Numbered from the stretch's first letter, positions 1-8,148 are shown. The stretch is 47,259 nt of DNA from Candidatus Woesearchaeota archaeon (GCA_016179955.1 JACPCD010000006.1:1-47259); one strand, 5' to 3'. Notes: generated by a model not told the origin, from the sequence alone. Made by a program: numbers and translations.

Positions 1-36
1 CGCGAGAAATGCAGCAGACGTTGTTTTAATGATGTA

Positions 37-92
37 ATGCGGGCGGTAGAAACCCCAAGCTTTAGCGCCCGGGGTAGCCCGCATTATTTTTT
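37..92. terminator. GC-rich hairpin followed by T-run
   Basis: An 8-bp stem ATGCGGGC (37-44) pairs with GCCCGCAT (77-84), with inner CCCC/GGGG pairing, followed by TATTTTTTAT. It lies immediately beyond the stop of the minus-strand translin-like gene. Confidence 0.35.
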
Positions 93-113
93 ATCTCATT
101 TTTTCTCTAAAAC

Positions 114-683
114 TTATCGTCCTTTCAGCTTCAGATCCAAGACCAAATCTTCCAGTTTCCGCAGTTCATACTTCACCGCATCCACTTTCCGGCGTATCTC
201 GTTGTCCCGGAAGTCAAACTTCAGCAGCTCCCCATAAATGGCATCGACTTCATCACGGATCTTCTTGACGCTTTCCACGTCGCCTTTCCCGGCCAGGAAG
301 ACCGCACGCCGGTTTAATTCTCCCGGTAAATCCGCTAAGCCCAGAATGAAATGCTCCGCCAACACTTTGAGTTCCGGCAGCTTTCCACTTTTCACAAATT
401 CATAATAGAGGATAGCTTCCACGTACTCCTGGATGGCAATCTTGTAACTGCCTTCATAGGTCATCTTGGCATCATGCGTGGCAATTCTCTCCAGCTCTTT
501 TTTTCCTTTTTCGATTTCCTTGACCAGCTCTGCTGCCGCTTTCATCTCATCACGGTGGACGGCATAGATGACCTGCTTGCTCAGCTTGAGTACATCTCTG
601 CTTTTCTTAATCAGCTTTTCCCGCTCTTCATCGTAGGCGTGGAATTCCTGCTGTAATTTGCTGAAATTGACCATAGTCTTCAA
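114..683 (-). CDS. translin-family nucleic-acid-binding protein (COG2178-like)
   Basis: 189-aa all-helical ORF whose length and pattern (YEGSYKIAIQEYVEA, GLADLPGELNR) are typical of archaeal translin homologues. Confidence 0.7.
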   Translation of the reverse strand: MKTMVNFSKLQQEFHAYDEEREKLIKKSRDVLKLSKQVIYAVHRDEMKAAAELVKEIEKGKKELERIATHDAKMTYEGSYKIAIQEYVEAILYYEFVKSGKLPELKVLAEHFILGLADLPGELNRRAVFLAGKGDVESVKKIRDEVDAIYGELLKFDFRDNEIRRKVDAVKYELRKLEDLVLDLKLKGR

Positions 684-762
684 TATCTAGTTTCTATTTA
701 TAATGGTTTCGACTGAATGCAGGTAGCGGGTTGGTCCTGCCGACCGATGCATCCGGCAAAGC

Positions 763-776
763 AAAACATTTATATA
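763..776 (+). promoter_or_regulatory. BRE/TATA promoter (AAAACATTTATATA) for the Sm-L37e operon
   Basis: The same 12-mer AAAACATTTATA recurs upstream of three other genes in this window. GGAGGTG lies at 803-809 ahead of the ATG at 819. Confidence 0.55.
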
Positions 777-818
777 CACGCCACCGTATTTTTATACTGC
801 ACGGAGGTGTGCACACCA

Positions 819-1046
819 ATGGATGAAAGTTCACGGCCTTTAGACACGTTAAATGCATCCCGTAACAAGACCGTTCTGGTTGAATTAAAGAACGGCTTGA
901 GCTACGTTGGCAAGTTACGCGCCTTTGACATCCACATTAACGTGGTTCTTGAAAACGCGGAAGAGTACCATAATGGAGAAGTGAAGCGTAAGCTCGGAAC
1001 CGTCTTCATCCGCGGGGATACCATTACAATTCTTTCTCCGGCATAA
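819..1046 (+). CDS. Sm-like (LSm/SmAP) RNA-binding protein
   Basis: Sm1/Sm2 pattern (VLVELKNGLSYVGKLRAFDIHINVVL ... VFIRGDTI). The ATG at 819 follows an SD-like GGAGGTG. The track ORF start at 717 lies upstream of the TATA box and is unlikely. Confidence 0.9.
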   Translation: MDESSRPLDTLNASRNKTVLVELKNGLSYVGKLRAFDIHINVVLENAEEYHNGEVKRKLGTVFIRGDTITILSPA

Positions 1047-1049
1047 ACC

Positions 1050-1220
1050 ATGACCAAAGGAACTGCTAGCCATGGACGGAAGAGCGGGAAGAAGACCCAC
1101 ATTCCTTGCCGCCGCTGCGGTCAGCGCGCATATCATGTTCGTAAGAAACGCTGTGCCTCCTGCGGGTATGGGGCGCAGGCAACTAGACGTTCGTTTGCCT
1201 GGATTAAGAAGGATAATTGA
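1050..1220 (+). CDS. rpl37e: 50S ribosomal protein L37e (below the 60-aa ORF-track cutoff)
   Basis: My translation gives MTKGTASHGRKSGKKTHIPCRRCGQRAYHVRKKRCASCGYGAQATRRSFAWIKKDN, a C4 zinc ribbon with the L37e signature. It starts 3 nt after the Sm stop, the classic archaeal Sm-L37e pairing. Confidence 0.9.
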   Translation: MTKGTASHGRKSGKKTHIPCRRCGQRAYHVRKKRCASCGYGAQATRRSFAWIKKDN

Positions 1221-1306
1221 TCTTCATTTTCTGGTTGGCTCCATTTACACTTAAATTGATTTCCTCTCACTACTAAATTCCCACTTTCTTAGAACTTGCT
1301 ATAATT

Positions 1307-2008
1307 TTACTTCTCCCGGAAATGCTGGTGGCACTGCTCCTTAATAAAAGGAATCTCAATAACATCACATAATCTTTCTTTACCCAAATACTTCGCCACG
1401 TTGCTCCGGCAGGCATCCCGGCTTACCGAGCCGCTGAGAGCATTACATATTTCGATTTTCCCCAGATTCCTGGCGATGGTAAAAACACAGCGCTCATTTT
1501 TTGCTTCCGGCAGGAACTCGCACAGTAACGCATTATTGGTATCCAGCGCAATCTGGATGAAGCAGTCTTCTTTCTGTTCTTTATTGCTGATTAGAGAGCA
1601 GTACACATCCTTGCTGTTGTTCACCGCCAGCTTAAAATGGCAGTTGTCTTCCCAGTACGTGTCCGAGATCTTAGTGCAGAGGGAATGGTCGTTCCGCAAC
1701 GTAGCAATTTCCTCCTGGCAGTATGCCTTGGCCCTATCGCTTACAATCAAGTTACAGACGGCAAGATCATTTTTTATTTTAGCCAACTCTACCACACAGC
1801 TGTCCCGGACAGTAACATCATGGATCTGACTGCACCGTTTGGCTTCGGCATAGCAGTTATCTTTCGCTGTTCCTTCGAGAGCACTGCAGGAATCGGTCGT
1901 TTGGTTAATGACGCCGGCCGGTGCACACGCCGCTACCAAAATAACTGCAATTAACAGTACCCCAAAGAGCAACTTCCTATAATTCATTATAACCCATTTC
2001 ATCTGCAA
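1307..2008 (-). CDS. cysteine-rich repeat lipoprotein or secreted protein, function unknown
   Basis: N-terminal hydrophobic signal with a lipobox-like VAAC. It is followed by roughly nine degenerate repeats of the type D-x-C-x(8-12)-C. The real start is probably internal (MNYRKLL at 1987). Confidence 0.6.
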   Translation of the reverse strand: MQMKWVIMNYRKLLFGVLLIAVILVAACAPAGVINQTTDSCSALEGTAKDNCYAEAKRCSQIHDVTVRDSCVVELAKIKNDLAVCNLIVSDRAKAYCQEEIATLRNDHSLCTKISDTYWEDNCHFKLAVNNSKDVYCSLISNKEQKEDCFIQIALDTNNALLCEFLPEAKNERCVFTIARNLGKIEICNALSGSVSRDACRSNVAKYLGKERLCDVIEIPFIKEQCHQHFREK

Positions 2009-2111
2009 AAGAGCTTTTAAGCTTTATGGAGATGAAGAGGATATGTTCTAATAGATATATGCCACCATAATAGAAAGATATAAAAAAGCTGGTGCAAACC
2101 ATTATGCCTAT

Positions 2112-2259
2112 GTGGGCGTGCCAGAGTGGTCAAATGGGATGGGCTTAGGGTGTAATGAGCCTGAATTGGCGATGAACAGAAGACACCCATTGGGTTAGTC
2201 CCTACGCAGGTAATCTGGAAAATAATTTTTAGGTCTGCAATCGAATCCTGCCGCCCACA
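2112..2259 (+). tRNA. tRNA-Leu (anticodon TAG) with two introns (2150-2184 at 37/38; 2212-2240 inside the T-loop)
   Basis: The 7-bp acceptor GTGGGCG pairs with CGCCCAC, followed by A73. The D-arm is CCA/TGG with loop GAGTGGTCAAA. The anticodon stem is ATGGG/CCCAT with loop CT-TAG-G[intron]A, and the long variable arm is TGGGTTAGTCCCTAC. The T-stem GCAGG/CCTGC and loop TTCGAAT are reconstituted only after removing 29 nt. TATA-like GATATAAAA lies about 27 nt upstream. Confidence 0.75.
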
Positions 2260-2272
2260 CTTTCACCTAATT

Positions 2273-3241
2273 TTATTCCCTACTCCACCAATATTTCCCC
2301 TCAGGATGTGGATCGGTGGCTCCGCTTTGTTCTAACCATAGATGCCCGGCCAGAACCACATAGGCATTGCCAGTGCTTCCAATAGTGATGGTTCGCTGGT
2401 AGAAAGCATCTAATGCCTGGGCCGACTTTCTTTGCAGCAGCCGTTCGATGGAATTTGGACCGCCATTATAATATTTGTAGGTGAAAAATAATATCTGTTC
2501 TCGGGGAATGGCTTCTACGTTAATTCCATTCCGTCCCAAATCTTCTTGAAATAAGTACTGGCGATGAGCTAACGTCGCAACGAATGCTTCAAATGCATCT
2601 TCTTTGCGCTCAAAATTCGCCGAAGTGACTCTGCGGTGCTGTTCATTGAAATGTTCTGAAGTCCTAAATCTATTTCTAAAAGAATCCGGTAAATAACCCC
2701 TGGCAGCAATTTTCGTAAATTCTGAGCCAAAAGTGTCTAACCCATAATTTGCAAAACCACCGGTTGCTGAAGAGTTCCTATCCACATCTAAGCTGTGCCC
2801 TTCATTGCATAATGCAGCGATGATGAAGCTCATGGGCAGTTCAATATGGTCTTTACGGGATTTTTCCAGAACTCTTGCTCTGGCCTGATACAACTGGGCG
2901 AGATTCTCTGCTTCCCGCGGTTCATCGATAAATCCAAACAGGCGTGGAGGCGTTATCAATGGGAATTGTCCGCGGATTCTTTTTTCCAGTCCGTCAATCT
3001 GGGGGCGTTTCTGTGGATGCTCTCGGATTCTTCGGCCATTCTCGAATATTTGCAACGCATATCGTGCCGCTTCTTGGCCATAACGCTCCCCAAGCCTTTC
3101 CCTTAATTCGTTAGCTCTATCCTCTGCTTGTTGTTCTGGAGAAACATAATTGCTTTGGTCGTAGGCACCGGCCTTATCATTATCGGAAGAACAGCCGGCA
3201 AGTGAAGTAATTAATGCACTATACTGTAGCAATCTTTTCAT
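2273..3241 (-). CDS. lipoprotein, possible lysozyme-like or lytic-transglycosylase-like fold
   Basis: Signal plus lipobox MKRLLQYSALITSLAGC. Weak SLT-like pattern: ALCNEGHS (E-G/S), GGFANYGLDTF, YKYYNGGPNSI (compare AYNAGP). Confidence 0.55.
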   Translation of the reverse strand: MKRLLQYSALITSLAGCSSDNDKAGAYDQSNYVSPEQQAEDRANELRERLGERYGQEAARYALQIFENGRRIREHPQKRPQIDGLEKRIRGQFPLITPPRLFGFIDEPREAENLAQLYQARARVLEKSRKDHIELPMSFIIAALCNEGHSLDVDRNSSATGGFANYGLDTFGSEFTKIAARGYLPDSFRNRFRTSEHFNEQHRRVTSANFERKEDAFEAFVATLAHRQYLFQEDLGRNGINVEAIPREQILFFTYKYYNGGPNSIERLLQRKSAQALDAFYQRTITIGSTGNAYVVLAGHLWLEQSGATDPHPEGKYWWSRE

Positions 3242-3371
3242 AATCAGTGTGTCTTCCGTTAGTTTATAAATGTTTCGCAAGTTTAACTACTATTGAGTAA
3301 TATTTATTTTATGAGTGGTAAGAGCCATTCTTCATTAAAATTTATATACCATTCAGCTTCCCTCTTGTCAA

Positions 3372-3500
3372 AAACCACCGGCCATAGGCTGGTGGAATGT
3401 TGCTGCGGTAGCTGCACCACGTGGTTTTTGAGCATGCTCAGAATTTTCCAGATGGAGGCGGTTGATGAGCAGGTGAAACCTGCCACCAGTCATAGACTGG
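3372..3500 (+). ncRNA. candidate structured small RNA or structured 5' leader
   Basis: TATA TTTATATA at 3341-3348 sits about 25-30 nt upstream. Perfect hairpins follow: CCACCGGCC-ATA-GGCTGGTGG (3375-3395), the palindrome CCACGTGG plus T5 (3417-3429), TGAGCATGCTCA (3429-3440), GCAGGT-GAA-ACCTGC (3469-3483) and CCAGTC-ATA-GACTGG (3486-3500). Confidence 0.3.
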
Positions 3501-3553
3501 ATGGAAAATTCTGACATTTTACCACGGCTAATGCCTAGACCATTCCCTAAACT

Positions 3554-4210
3554 ATGGAATTCAAGAAAGACGACGATCCGCTTAATTTTGTATGCCGGCA
3601 ATGTGCGAGATGCTGTCGGAATTCCGCCATTCGGCTGTCCCCGTACGACATTTTAAAAATATGCCATCACCGCGGCATTTCCACCACTCAATTTCACCAG
3701 CACCACAGCTCCTTCATTCTTGATGCCGAAAATCAGAACTTCCTGACCTGTATGCTGAAGACGTCGCCCCAGTGCCTCTTTCTGGATGGTACTGCCTGCA
3801 CAATCTATGAGTATCGGCCTCAGGGATGCCGGACCTTTCCTCTGGGGGCGCAGCATTTTTACGATGGGAAAGTGTTCCAGAACAATTATTATATCCTGGA
3901 GCGCTGCGGCGGGTTCAACACCACTGAAAAAATATCCGTGGGACAGTACAAGAAAGAGCAGGGAGTTTATTCAGACGACTTGATTGCTCCCTGGGCCAAA
4001 TTTAAGACGGAGGCTATTAACAAGAATCTGCCGAGCAGCGATGAGTTTTATCAGCGTTTTCTAACCGTCTGTTATGATTTTGACAACCCTATATTCCAGG
4101 AAGCTCTTCGTGATCAGGGCATCATCTGGCCCAGTACAATTGAAGAGCGATATTTTTTAATTATCCAGTGTGCCCAGCGCTTGTTGCTGGAACCCTACTC
4201 TACAAAGTGA
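3554..4210 (+). CDS. YkgJ/UPF0153 family cysteine-cluster (putative Fe-S/Zn) protein
   Basis: N-terminal CxxCxxCC motif (CRQCARCCRN) and downstream CTIYEYRPQGCRTFP, both typical of COG0727. Confidence 0.8.
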   Translation: MEFKKDDDPLNFVCRQCARCCRNSAIRLSPYDILKICHHRGISTTQFHQHHSSFILDAENQNFLTCMLKTSPQCLFLDGTACTIYEYRPQGCRTFPLGAQHFYDGKVFQNNYYILERCGGFNTTEKISVGQYKKEQGVYSDDLIAPWAKFKTEAINKNLPSSDEFYQRFLTVCYDFDNPIFQEALRDQGIIWPSTIEERYFLIIQCAQRLLLEPYSTK

Positions 4211-4213
4211 TTA

Positions 4214-4303
4214 TAGTAAATTGCATTTATTTTGGAACTTTTATTATGTAATTTACTATTCTAGCAAATCTCACAAATGTTCAATAATCAATGAGATTTG
4301 CTA
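4214..4303. terminator. two tandem hairpins in the convergent intergenic region
   Basis: TAGTAAATTGCAT (4214-4226) pairs with ATGTAATTTACTA (4246-4258) at 12/13 plus one G-U. TAGCAAATCTCA (4262-4273) pairs perfectly with TGAGATTTGCTA (4292-4303), 12 bp. Both sit in T-rich context. Confidence 0.5.
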
Positions 4304-4330
4304 TTATCTTCCCTCTTCCGCCGGGAAAAA

Positions 4331-4375
4331 TTACGCTTTCTTTAGCAACCCCGCTACTTTCTCTTTCCCAATCAC
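4331..4375 (-). pseudogene. relic of the ancestral 3' end of lysK (VIGKEKVAGLLKKA-stop), in frame immediately after the current stop
   Basis: 21-nt exact identity (4353-4373 equals 5157-5177). By my count 33/42 nt match the internal segment encoding AIGKEKVAKLLKDA (5138-5179). Confidence 0.7.
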
Positions 4376-6709
4376 TTAAAACGTATACGCTATCTTTTCC
4401 ACTTTTCCCCCACAATACTTAACAATCCATTGGCTCGCTAATTTCATCGCTTCCTGCAACTCTTCATTAGACGTTACTTGTGTACCATCAACGTAGAGAA
4501 TAAGCTCTTTTGTTTTCTCGGAGATTTTGGTAAGTTCGGAATCCCGGTAATTTAAATCTTGACAGAAAATTAATTCTCTTGCATCCGCATATACTAATTC
4601 CCCCGCTTTCAATGCCTTAGGTTTATCTTCCAGCAAAGGTGTAAATGTCTCTCCGGCCTGAGCGAAACGTAAATAAGTCGGAAATGTCAAACTAGGCAGA
4701 TTAAATGCACCCATGGACACTCGTGTTTTCATAACTGCTAAATTATACACATCCACAACTGTGTTTACGGTGTACAACTCTTTCCCCTCTTTTACTCTCT
4801 TCAACAAAGCTAAAGGACTAGGCTTCTGTTTGGTTGGATCTACTCCCGTTGCTTTGTAGATACGCTTATATTCTTCCAGTAGTGGTATATCTTCTAATTT
4901 TGTGTTTTTAAATTCTTCAATTAATTTCCCAACTACTTCTTTCTTGAACTGTTGAAGTTTTGGGATTTCCTTTCGAACGGTTACTCCTTTGATAATAGCA
5001 ATACCTACCTTAAGACCAGGAAATTTCTGGAGAACATCATCTTGAATTTCTAATATGCCTTTAATCGGCTGGTAATGAGAAACAGCACTGATCTTCTTTT
5101 GCGGGGTAGTGCTTGAATATTTTTCCTCGGTATGATTCGCATCTTTCAACAACTTTGCTACTTTCTCTTTCCCAATCGCCAGGATGAACGAGGCTAATCT
5201 GGGTCCTTTTTCCTGGTTGATCAGCACCCGGTAGCATAGCTTGAAAAAATCTCCCGTTGGAAAATCATTATTCTTGCAGAGAATGTACATCTCTTCATGC
5301 AGTTCCACGTCGGTCCATTTTCTTTCCACTAACTTATCAGCCAGCAAATGTAGAATTTTCTTTTCTTCTTTTCTGACAGTAACCATGCATTTTTCCTGAA
5401 CGGTGAAGGTGAACTCTTCCGGCGCATGGTGCTGCAGCCAGTTCTTAGCGCAGAGTGCCCGTACTTTCAACCGCCGCCGGTCATGCTCATTTTTGAGCTC
5501 GTGCTTAAAGTAGGCAATAGTCTTATCCACCTCCAAGCTATGGGTCTGCAGCAGGGTCGTCAAATGCCTGAATCCGGGCTGGTAGGGGATAGTTTTGGGT
5601 ATCTTTCCAATGTAACTCAATTCATAGGCTGCTTTCTGCTTGATGCTCTCTTTCTCGTTAACGTTCTCAACCCCATAATAAATGCGCTCACACTTGTCAA
5701 AGTCTTCATAGATCTTCAGCACATCGGCGTCAAAACTGATGGCAAATTCTTTATTCGGTCGGGTACCTGCAAACAGGTATCGGACCACTTCCGGCTCATA
5801 TACTTCTAAGACATCGGCCAAGGATAAGACTTCGCCGCTGGAACTGGACATCTTCCCTTTTCCCCCTTTGACGTTAATGAAATCATACATCACATAGGTA
5901 GGGGCATCAAAATCCCATATTTTTTTGACAATCTGCTTTCCGGTATCAAAGCTTCCGCCTACTGTTGAGTGGTCTTTGCCGCCAGGCTCAAAGTCTACTT
6001 TTTCATAGGCCCAGCGCATCGGCCAGTCAATGCGCCATTTCAATTTCACGATGGTTTTTTTGCGGAAATCAATCTCTTCCTGCTGCCCGCACTCGCATTT
6101 GTAATTGATGGTATATCCTTTGCTCCATTGTAAGTGGGTGATAGTATTTTTGCCGCACTGCGCACAGAATACCGAGATGGGCAGCCACCCCTGATGAAGC
6201 GGCTCTTCCCGGAACTGGTTTAATATCTCTTTGATTGTTTCCGTCTGCTCCAGCGCTTTCTTGATTTCAGAGGCATATTCCCCCGAGTTATATTTTTCCT
6301 GCTGATATAAGAATTCAGGAGTGATGCCAACTGTTGGCACGCTTTCTTCCACTGCCTTTTGGTTATGCTCTGCATAATTGGCATGGCAGCCAAAGGTGTC
6401 GGGAACACTGGTGATGGCTTTCCGTAGATATTTCTGCAACTCTTCCGGTTTGGGCATGTTTTTAGGAACTTTCCGGAAGACGTCATAATTGTCCCAGGAA
6501 TAGATGAATCTTACTTTTTTACCTCTCTTTTCCAAGGCCCGTTTAACTAAGTCCACGGTTATGATCTCCCGGAAATTGCCGATATGAACAACGCCGCTGG
6601 GGGTGATGCCTGCTGCGACGGTATACTTTTTCTTATCTCCTTTTTCGCGGAGGATGTTTTCTGCCGCTACATCAGTCCAATGGTATAAAAGCTCTTTTTC
6701 ATCTGCCAT
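4376..6709 (-). CDS. lysK: class I lysyl-tRNA synthetase fused to a C-terminal B3/4 (PheRS-beta-like, COG3382) domain
   Basis: HIGN (VVHIGNFRE) and KMSSSSG (KMSKS-type) motifs and class I LysRS architecture run to about residue 545. The C-terminal ~230 aa carry B3/4 signatures (YKATGVDPTKQKPSPLALLKRVKEGKELYTVNTVVDVYNLAVMKTRVSMGAFNL). The likely start is the ATG at 6709 (MADEKELLYHW). Confidence 0.9.
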   Translation of the reverse strand: MADEKELLYHWTDVAAENILREKGDKKKYTVAAGITPSGVVHIGNFREIITVDLVKRALEKRGKKVRFIYSWDNYDVFRKVPKNMPKPEELQKYLRKAITSVPDTFGCHANYAEHNQKAVEESVPTVGITPEFLYQQEKYNSGEYASEIKKALEQTETIKEILNQFREEPLHQGWLPISVFCAQCGKNTITHLQWSKGYTINYKCECGQQEEIDFRKKTIVKLKWRIDWPMRWAYEKVDFEPGGKDHSTVGGSFDTGKQIVKKIWDFDAPTYVMYDFINVKGGKGKMSSSSGEVLSLADVLEVYEPEVVRYLFAGTRPNKEFAISFDADVLKIYEDFDKCERIYYGVENVNEKESIKQKAAYELSYIGKIPKTIPYQPGFRHLTTLLQTHSLEVDKTIAYFKHELKNEHDRRRLKVRALCAKNWLQHHAPEEFTFTVQEKCMVTVRKEEKKILHLLADKLVERKWTDVELHEEMYILCKNNDFPTGDFFKLCYRVLINQEKGPRLASFILAIGKEKVAKLLKDANHTEEKYSSTTPQKKISAVSHYQPIKGILEIQDDVLQKFPGLKVGIAIIKGVTVRKEIPKLQQFKKEVVGKLIEEFKNTKLEDIPLLEEYKRIYKATGVDPTKQKPSPLALLKRVKEGKELYTVNTVVDVYNLAVMKTRVSMGAFNLPSLTFPTYLRFAQAGETFTPLLEDKPKALKAGELVYADARELIFCQDLNYRDSELTKISEKTKELILYVDGTQVTSNEELQEAMKLASQWIVKYCGGKVEKIAYTF

Positions 6710-6800
6710 ACTGCCCGATGAACGGAACGAATTATATAAACGTTTCCTCAACAACTTTTATAAACCAAAAAGATAATCTTAACATAAAAGAGGTTTGAGC

Positions 6801-7682
6801 ATGATCATAACTACTTGCGGCAATTCCATTCCTATCGCCCGGCGGCTGGCAGCTGCTTTGCATGCCACTTTTTCTCCATTAACTATCTCTTCCTTTCCGG
6901 ATGGCGACCTCTACCTAAAATACACTACGGCACTAAAAGGGCAGAACGTAATCATCGTTCATTCCTTCCAGCCCCATTCCAACCAATCGTTGTTTAATCT
7001 TATCTTTGCGGCGGAAACGGCGAAGGATTTAGGTGCCAAAAAAGTTATTTTAGTTTCCCCTTACTTAGCGTACATGCGCCAGGACACCCGTTTCCATCCC
7101 GGAGAAGCCATCTCCAGCAAAATCATGGCCAAACATCTCAATCGGTGCGTTGACAAAATCATTACCATAGACCCGCATCTGCATCGTTATAAATCATTAA
7201 AAGATATCTTTACGATTCCGGCAGTGAAGCTCACGGCCAATGCCTTAATTGCAGATTACATTCAAAAACATTGTAAGAACGAAGTAATCATCGGGCCGGA
7301 CAGTGAATCGTTCCAGTGGGCGGCAGAGATTGCCCGGCATCTCCGAGTTCAAGCAACCGTGTTGAAGAAAACCAGATTCTCATCCCGCCATGTGCAAGTG
7401 AAGATGATAAAACCAATTTCTATCCGGGGGAAGAACGTGGTGATTGTAGATGACATCATTTCTACCGGCCACACCATAGCGGAAGCAGCGGAGCAGGCGA
7501 AAAAGATGGGGGCGAAGAGCATTACCGCCATCGGTGTGCATGGATTGTTGGTCGAGGGGGCGATGGCAAAACTGCGCCGTGCCGGCGTTAATAAAGTCAT
7601 CACTACTAATTGTATTGAGCACTCTACCAATAAGATCGACGTGACTCCTCTCTTGTTGAGGGAGCTGCGCAAAGAACAATGA
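6801..7682 (+). CDS. prs: ribose-phosphate pyrophosphokinase (PRPP synthetase)
   Basis: FPDGDLYLKY, the PRPP-binding loop VVIVDDIISTGHTI, and overall length. A TTG at 6795 or the ATG at 6801 could be the start. Confidence 0.9.
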   Translation: MIITTCGNSIPIARRLAAALHATFSPLTISSFPDGDLYLKYTTALKGQNVIIVHSFQPHSNQSLFNLIFAAETAKDLGAKKVILVSPYLAYMRQDTRFHPGEAISSKIMAKHLNRCVDKIITIDPHLHRYKSLKDIFTIPAVKLTANALIADYIQKHCKNEVIIGPDSESFQWAAEIARHLRVQATVLKKTRFSSRHVQVKMIKPISIRGKNVVIVDDIISTGHTIAEAAEQAKKMGAKSITAIGVHGLLVEGAMAKLRRAGVNKVITTNCIEHSTNKIDVTPLLLRELRKEQ

Positions 7683-7779
7683 AAACTCCTCTCTCAAAGA
7701 AAAAGAAGAAGAAAAAAGAGTTGGATGAAGAGAATGAGATTGAAGAGGAAGGCACCCATCCGTATCACGAGCATTATGC

Positions 7780-8148
7780 TCATGAAGGAATAGTTAAGGA
7801 GTGAGTGGGAGAATAGTTTCCTACCAAGCGCCGTGAACCATACTGTTCTCTCATGAACGAGAGTACATCGTCCCACTGGTTGAAACAGACCCCATGGGAA
7901 TAATCTGCAGTATAATCTTCTTCCTCAATGATTGGTCTTACTATGTTGCCTCTCTCAAAATCAAGAACGCGGCCTCGCCGTGCCGAGACTTGATATCCAC
8001 AAGTGTCCAAAAGAGCACGCGGAAGCCGCTCGCGAACAATATCTTCTATGGTCTTTCCGGCATCCTCGGCCCCTTTTCCTTCATAAATCAAGACGAATTT
8101 AACAGCTTCAACATATCGCTTAAGCTCCGGTGGGATATATTTATCCAT
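7780..8148 (-). CDS. hypothetical protein
   Basis: ORF with a plausible start MDKYIPPELK at 8148. The longer track start at 8226 lies inside the TATA box of repeat R1. Confidence 0.45.
   Translation of the reverse strand: MDKYIPPELKRYVEAVKFVLIYEGKGAEDAGKTIEDIVRERLPRALLDTCGYQVSARRGRVLDFERGNIVRPIIEEEDYTADYSHGVCFNQWDDVLSFMREQYGSRRLVGNYSPTHSLTIPS

Noticed and set aside
717-818. N-terminal extension of the Sm protein ORF (track start at 717)
   Set aside because: The extension would begin upstream of the consensus TATA box (763-776) and has no Sm homology. The ATG at 819 has an SD-like GGAGGTG.
1072-1254. 60-aa ORF after the Sm gene
   Set aside because: It is out of frame with, and overlapped by, the convincing L37e reading frame at 1050-1220.
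3463-3514. C/D-box sRNA-like motifs (TGATGA at 3463-3468, CTGA at 3511-3514, spacing about 42 nt)
   Set aside because: No credible D' or C' boxes and no terminal stem. The would-be guide regions are locked in perfect hairpins (3469-3483 and 3486-3500). I kept the region only as a generic structured-RNA candidate.
7679-7804. 41-aa Lys/Glu-rich ORF (MKTPLSKKKKKKKELDEEN...) starting in an ATGA overlap with the prs stop
   Set aside because: It is low complexity, has no recognisable family, and its 3' end overlaps the convergent gene ending at 7780. The evidence is insufficient to call it a gene, though translational coupling is possible.
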